NCBI GenBank assembly: GCA_043228905.1
Contig: JBHGNT010000004.1
Span: 14,880,001-14,944,000 of the forward strand
From: Azolla caroliniana
Lineage: Eukaryota > Plantae > Polypodiophyta
Direction: 5' to 3'
DNA: 64,000 nt
Both the position numbers and the translations under genes were made by a program. The notes beneath the pieces are model-generated. The model had not been told where the DNA came from and ran no database searches. It saw only the letters and a list, made by a program, of their open reading frames with translations. Shown here in pieces: positions 59,876 to 64,000 of this stretch. How positions within the stretch are numbered: the stretch's first letter is position 1; the number at the start of each line of letters is the position of its first letter.

Positions 59876-62800
59876 GCTCACAGGAAGAGATTAAGAGCAA
59901 GGAAACAAGAATCCGATTACTATAGTCAATAGCTTACAACTCGAACAGTTACAACCGGCAACCCGGTAATGGACCCGACACGGGGTCCTACTCATGCACA
60001 CCGACGACAACCACACGTCTCGAAGAAACAAAAGGGGAAAAGGGGAGAGAGAGACTCTGTTGGAAGCACACGAGCTATCCACGAAGCGGAGGCAACGAAC
60101 TCCCGACACCCACAGAGAATGACGATCGGAGGAGAGAGAGCTCGACACTCAGTTCTGCAGCAGCACTTCGTCCTCGCCAACGCGTGCCCCCCCCTTTCCT
60201 CCTTCTCTCCTCTCCTTTTATAATTCCCCCAAAAAGGGGTGCCCCCTTTCCCTAGTCAAATCGCTTTATTCCTTGTCCCTTCTGACAGAGATACGCACAA
60301 TCCCTCCTAATAAATGTGCACTACCTAGTATTTACATAAGTTGATCCAATATCAAAATATCAATTCATGCGCCCATCCGTGTAAGAGCCGGTTCATGCAC
60401 CTTTTTCTCCGATTCCGCCTATGCCCGGTTTTCTTCACGACATCCACCCCCACCAAACCGTGCATCCACCGGCATGCGCCAGAGACGGGTAGATACCGAA
60501 GAAAACCGGCTTCACTCGTCGTTCTCAGATTCTCCGTCGGGCCCAAACTGATCGTCGTTGTCGCTCCTGCTCGCAGGCTTCGGCCCGTCTTCGAACCGCT
60601 TCTTGAACGCTTTGATCCGCTTCCCGGCCACCAGCACCGCTAACCGTGTCCCGTCGAGTTCCGCGAGGTGGTACGTGCCGTTGTCGTTCGTGCTCATCAC
60701 CATGTAGGGCCCGAACCATCTCCTAGCGAACTTTTGCACCACCTTGTGCTGATTGTCGAGGCTGTTGTCGTATACCAAGACCCAGTCGCCTTCGTCGATC
60801 TTCTTTGGTCGCAACCGGTGCGTCCGGTTGAACCGGGTCTTGTTCCGCTCCCTTGCCGCTCGCAACCTTCCCTTCGCCTGTTTCACGTCGTCCGGCCTCC
60901 GCTCGAGTTGCCAAATCCGCGCCGCCAGCAACTCCTCCCGGCTCATCTTGTCCTTCCAATCTACCGCCGCCCATGAAGAAACCGTTCGTTCCACCGGCAT
61001 GATCGGCTTCTGTCCGTACATCAGCTCTGTCGACATAAACCCTGTCACCGAACTGTGCGTAGTTCGGTCCGCCCATAGTGCGTAAGGAAGGAGCCGCGGC
61101 CAATTCCCAACCTGCCCTCGGCATGCACGCACCAACGCCTTTACGATCGGCCCGTGCCCACGTTCTACCTTTCCGTTCGCCTCCAGATTGTACGTCGTAG
61201 TGAGGGAGAGTTTGACGCCTAGCCGGTCAAACAACTCCTCAGCTTCCTGCGCATCCAACTCTCCCTGGTCCACCACGATCCACCCGACACACCCGTACCG
61301 ACACACTACCTCTTCGATCAGGAACCGACATACCGTCGCGTTTGTCTTCTTTTGCAGTGCACGGCCTTCCACCTGGTTCGTTAAGTCTTCCCGTGCAAGC
61401 ACCAAGTATCGCATCTGTCCTACTCCCATCGACATTGTCACCAAGTCCACCATCCACTTGAAATGAACCGTAGGCGGGTAGGTCGGGTGTAGCTCGTCCC
61501 GGTGTCGGACTATGGAGTGCATCTGACAGCTTTCGCAAGCCGTTACGAACCGATGCACGTCTTGGTAAAGCCCCGGCCACCAGTACTTCTCCTTCAGCTT
61601 CTCGAACGTGGCCCACGTTCCGCGGTGCCCAGCCCAGGGACTGTTGTGAAATGCTGCCAGTAGTTCCTCTTGTTCTTCTTTCTTTGTCACTACTCGGAGC
61701 GGGATGCCGTTTCTCTTCTTTGGGTGCCTCCATATGCACTTGTCCCGCAAGAAGAATCGGTACGCCTTCTTCTGTACCCGGCTCGCCTCTTCTCTCGTCC
61801 ATGCTGCGTCCGGCGTCATCGTCCGTAGGAACCTCCCAATTTGGAGCCACTCCCCGTCGTACCTGCTTTCGTCAAATTCGTTAAGCGCCGGAGTGTCCCT
61901 TTCCCTCGTCGCTACGTTAGCCGACCCGAAGAAGTCCTCATCGAATTCTTCATCATTCGTAACCATGCCCGTCTTCATCGTTGAACCTTGGTCTTGAAAG
62001 CATGTCAGCCATGGCGTTATCCTTTCCGAAGATGTGCCTAATCTCCGGGTTTAGGGACTTAATGTACGCTATCCACCGGAGCATTGCTAGGTCCGGCGTC
62101 GCGCATCCGGAAACCATGCCGAGTATCGGCAGGCAGTCCGTCTGGATGATCACCTCCGTCCTGATCAGATAGTCCTTGTCAGCCTTGACTGCCGAAACAA
62201 TACCCAAAAGCTCGTGCTTAACTTGGGCATATCCTCGTTGCCATTCGCTCAATACCTTTGCCCCGAACCGGATCGGGAATCGTACGCCATCCTTGTCCTC
62301 CTGACTGATTACCCACCCGATCCCGGTCGGGCTCGTGTCCACTGTCACGCAGATGGGAACACCCTCGCCGTAAATTGCTTTACGGAGGGGCCGACGCTAC
62401 CCTAAGTGCTTCCTTTAGTCTCCGGACCGACTCCGTGTGCTCCGTCCTCCACTTGAACCCACGCCCTTTCTTCAATAGCCCGTAGAGAGGCTACGCAACA
62501 TGCGCATAGTGCGGAATCCAGATGTGGTAGAACGCGCATGATCCCAAGAATCTACGGACCTCCCTGACAGACCTGCAATCGTCCCTCATCGCCAAGATGG
62601 CCTCCACCTTTGCTGGAGACGGTTTCCTACCGTAGGGCCCGCACAGGTGTCCGACCACCAAGATCTCCAACTGCCCGAACGCCGATTTTTCTCCGGAGAA
62701 GGTGAGTCGTGTGTTTTTGAGCTTCTGCAGCACTTTCTCGCAGTCGTTGATGTGGTTCACGACGAACCTCCGGCATCCGTCTGGCCCGACAGTGTCGTTC

Positions 62801-63417
62801 GTGTCTTCCACTGGACACCCCTTTATCGGGATCTCGTCCAAGAATGGCATGGTGATGTCCGGGATGCAGTCCCTGAGCACCTTGTTCATTGCGTTCACCA
62901 TATGCGCCACCGAATTCGTCCCGCCTTGTGGTAAGGTACACATCCGTACTAGGCCGAGAGGGGTTCGCATCGTCGTGATATCCCTGCTCTCGATTGCTAG
63001 CTGGAACTGGTCGTACCCCGAGTATAAGTCACCGACCGAATAGATCGACCTTCCAGCGAAGGCCTCCGCGAACTCGTCTATGGTTGGTCCGATTCCTGCG
63101 TTACGGATGGTCACCTTGTTGACCGGTTGTAGGTCCTGAATGAAGCGCAACATGTCGTTCTTCTTTGGCACCGTAAACCACCGGTTCGAATACGGGGCAC
63201 TCGACGGTTCGAGGATGCCCATCTCCACCTTTTGCTTCAGAAGCTCCATCAACTTCGGGATGTGAGCCCTCGACAGCGGAATCGGTTTGAGATTCCACGA
63301 TACATGCGGTACCGTGAAGATCACCATCGGTTCAACAATCGTCGGGTCCACGCACCCGATATCCTCCGGCGAGAACGCGAAGGCTTTCCCATGCCTTCCG
63401 AGCATTCTCCAAAACCT
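59774..63417 (-). mobile_element. 3' part of a related gypsy element in reverse orientation: RT, RNase H, integrase (stop 60512), PPT ~60443-60455, 3' LTR 59774-60442
   Basis: RT DLYSGYDQF/LPQGGTNS/FLDEI, RNase H VDTSPTGIG, IN H-H-CESC, VDL, VVDQGE, KVERGH. The LTR reads TGTCGTGAAGA...CGCGACA on the minus strand, and its U5 matches 58461-58522. Confidence 0.9.
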
Positions 63418-64000
63418 TGTTGGGATTTCGGTCCCTCCGGATGGGATGTCCGGAGATGAATGACGGCAAGCCCGGTTGCGGTTACGGAACCGGAGGATGA
63501 AGAGTACCCGGCATGAAGCCGGATGAAGAGTACCCGGCTACGGATCCGGATGATGAAGACCCCGGCTACGGAGCCGGATGATGAAGACCCCGGCTACGGA
63601 GCCGGATGACGAATGTACCCGGAGAGAGATCCGGATGCGGGGACATATTTGTGAATATGTTTGCCAAGGGCCCTTGAGGCTATATTTGTAAATAGCCCGA
63701 AAGTCATATGTGTATAAATATGACTTAGGGCAAACAGTTTACAGTCTGTTGCTCATTTTTTCTGTTTTCCACTTAGAGGGAGTGAAGTGAGAGCAGCCGA
63801 GAGAGAGTGAGAGAGAGAGAGAGACGAAGAGGTCGTTGCCTCTGTGTATTACCGCCGCCTGTGGCGAGGACAGCGAGCTCAAGGTCGTCGCCTTGCAGCT
63901 CGCCATTGTACATTCCCTACGTATAGTGATAGTTGGAGTTTGAGGACTCCCGTGGTTTTTCCCATTTAGGGTTTTCCACGTAAAACATCCTGTGTACTCT
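63418..64000 (+). mobile_element. Family A LTR inserted in the gypsy RT region; runs off the window
   Basis: TGTTGGGATTTCGGTCCCTCCGGATGGG start, U3 repeats, TATA hairpin and GGGTTTTCCACGT motif as in 43548-44162. Confidence 0.93.

Noticed and set aside
57728-63417. A single element with gag and pol on opposite strands
   Set aside because: A complete minus-strand 3' LTR with PPT lies at 59774-60442, so these are two related elements nested in opposite orientation.

Overview
Eukaryotic, plant-type nuclear DNA; a non-seed plant such as a fern is my inference from the retrotransposon lineages. About 85% of the window is nested LTR retrotransposons. There are three Ty1/copia groups (called A, B and C here, all with a tRNA-iMet PBS) and three Ty3/gypsy groups: a chromodomain-bearing element with an apparent self-priming site, a tRNA-Arg-primed element with an antisense extra ORF, and a tRNA-Trp-primed family. 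One copia element (37982-44162) is intact, with an uninterrupted gag-pol, LTRs in which I found no difference, and a CGGTT TSD. Its 5' LTR carries a still younger poly(A)-tailed insertion with a 13-bp TSD. The only host gene is a 5-exon GDSL esterase/lipase (47284-49398, minus strand). The most notable signals are: (i) the chromovirus LTR, which combines a self-primer, a perfect heat-shock element and a tRNA-like Pol III promoter; (ii) a conserved antisense ORF upstream of gag, present in two diverged copies; (iii) a TATA-in-loop hairpin with compensatory changes across copia families; (iv) a chimeric gag in the youngest element. All comparisons were made by eye, and no searches were run.
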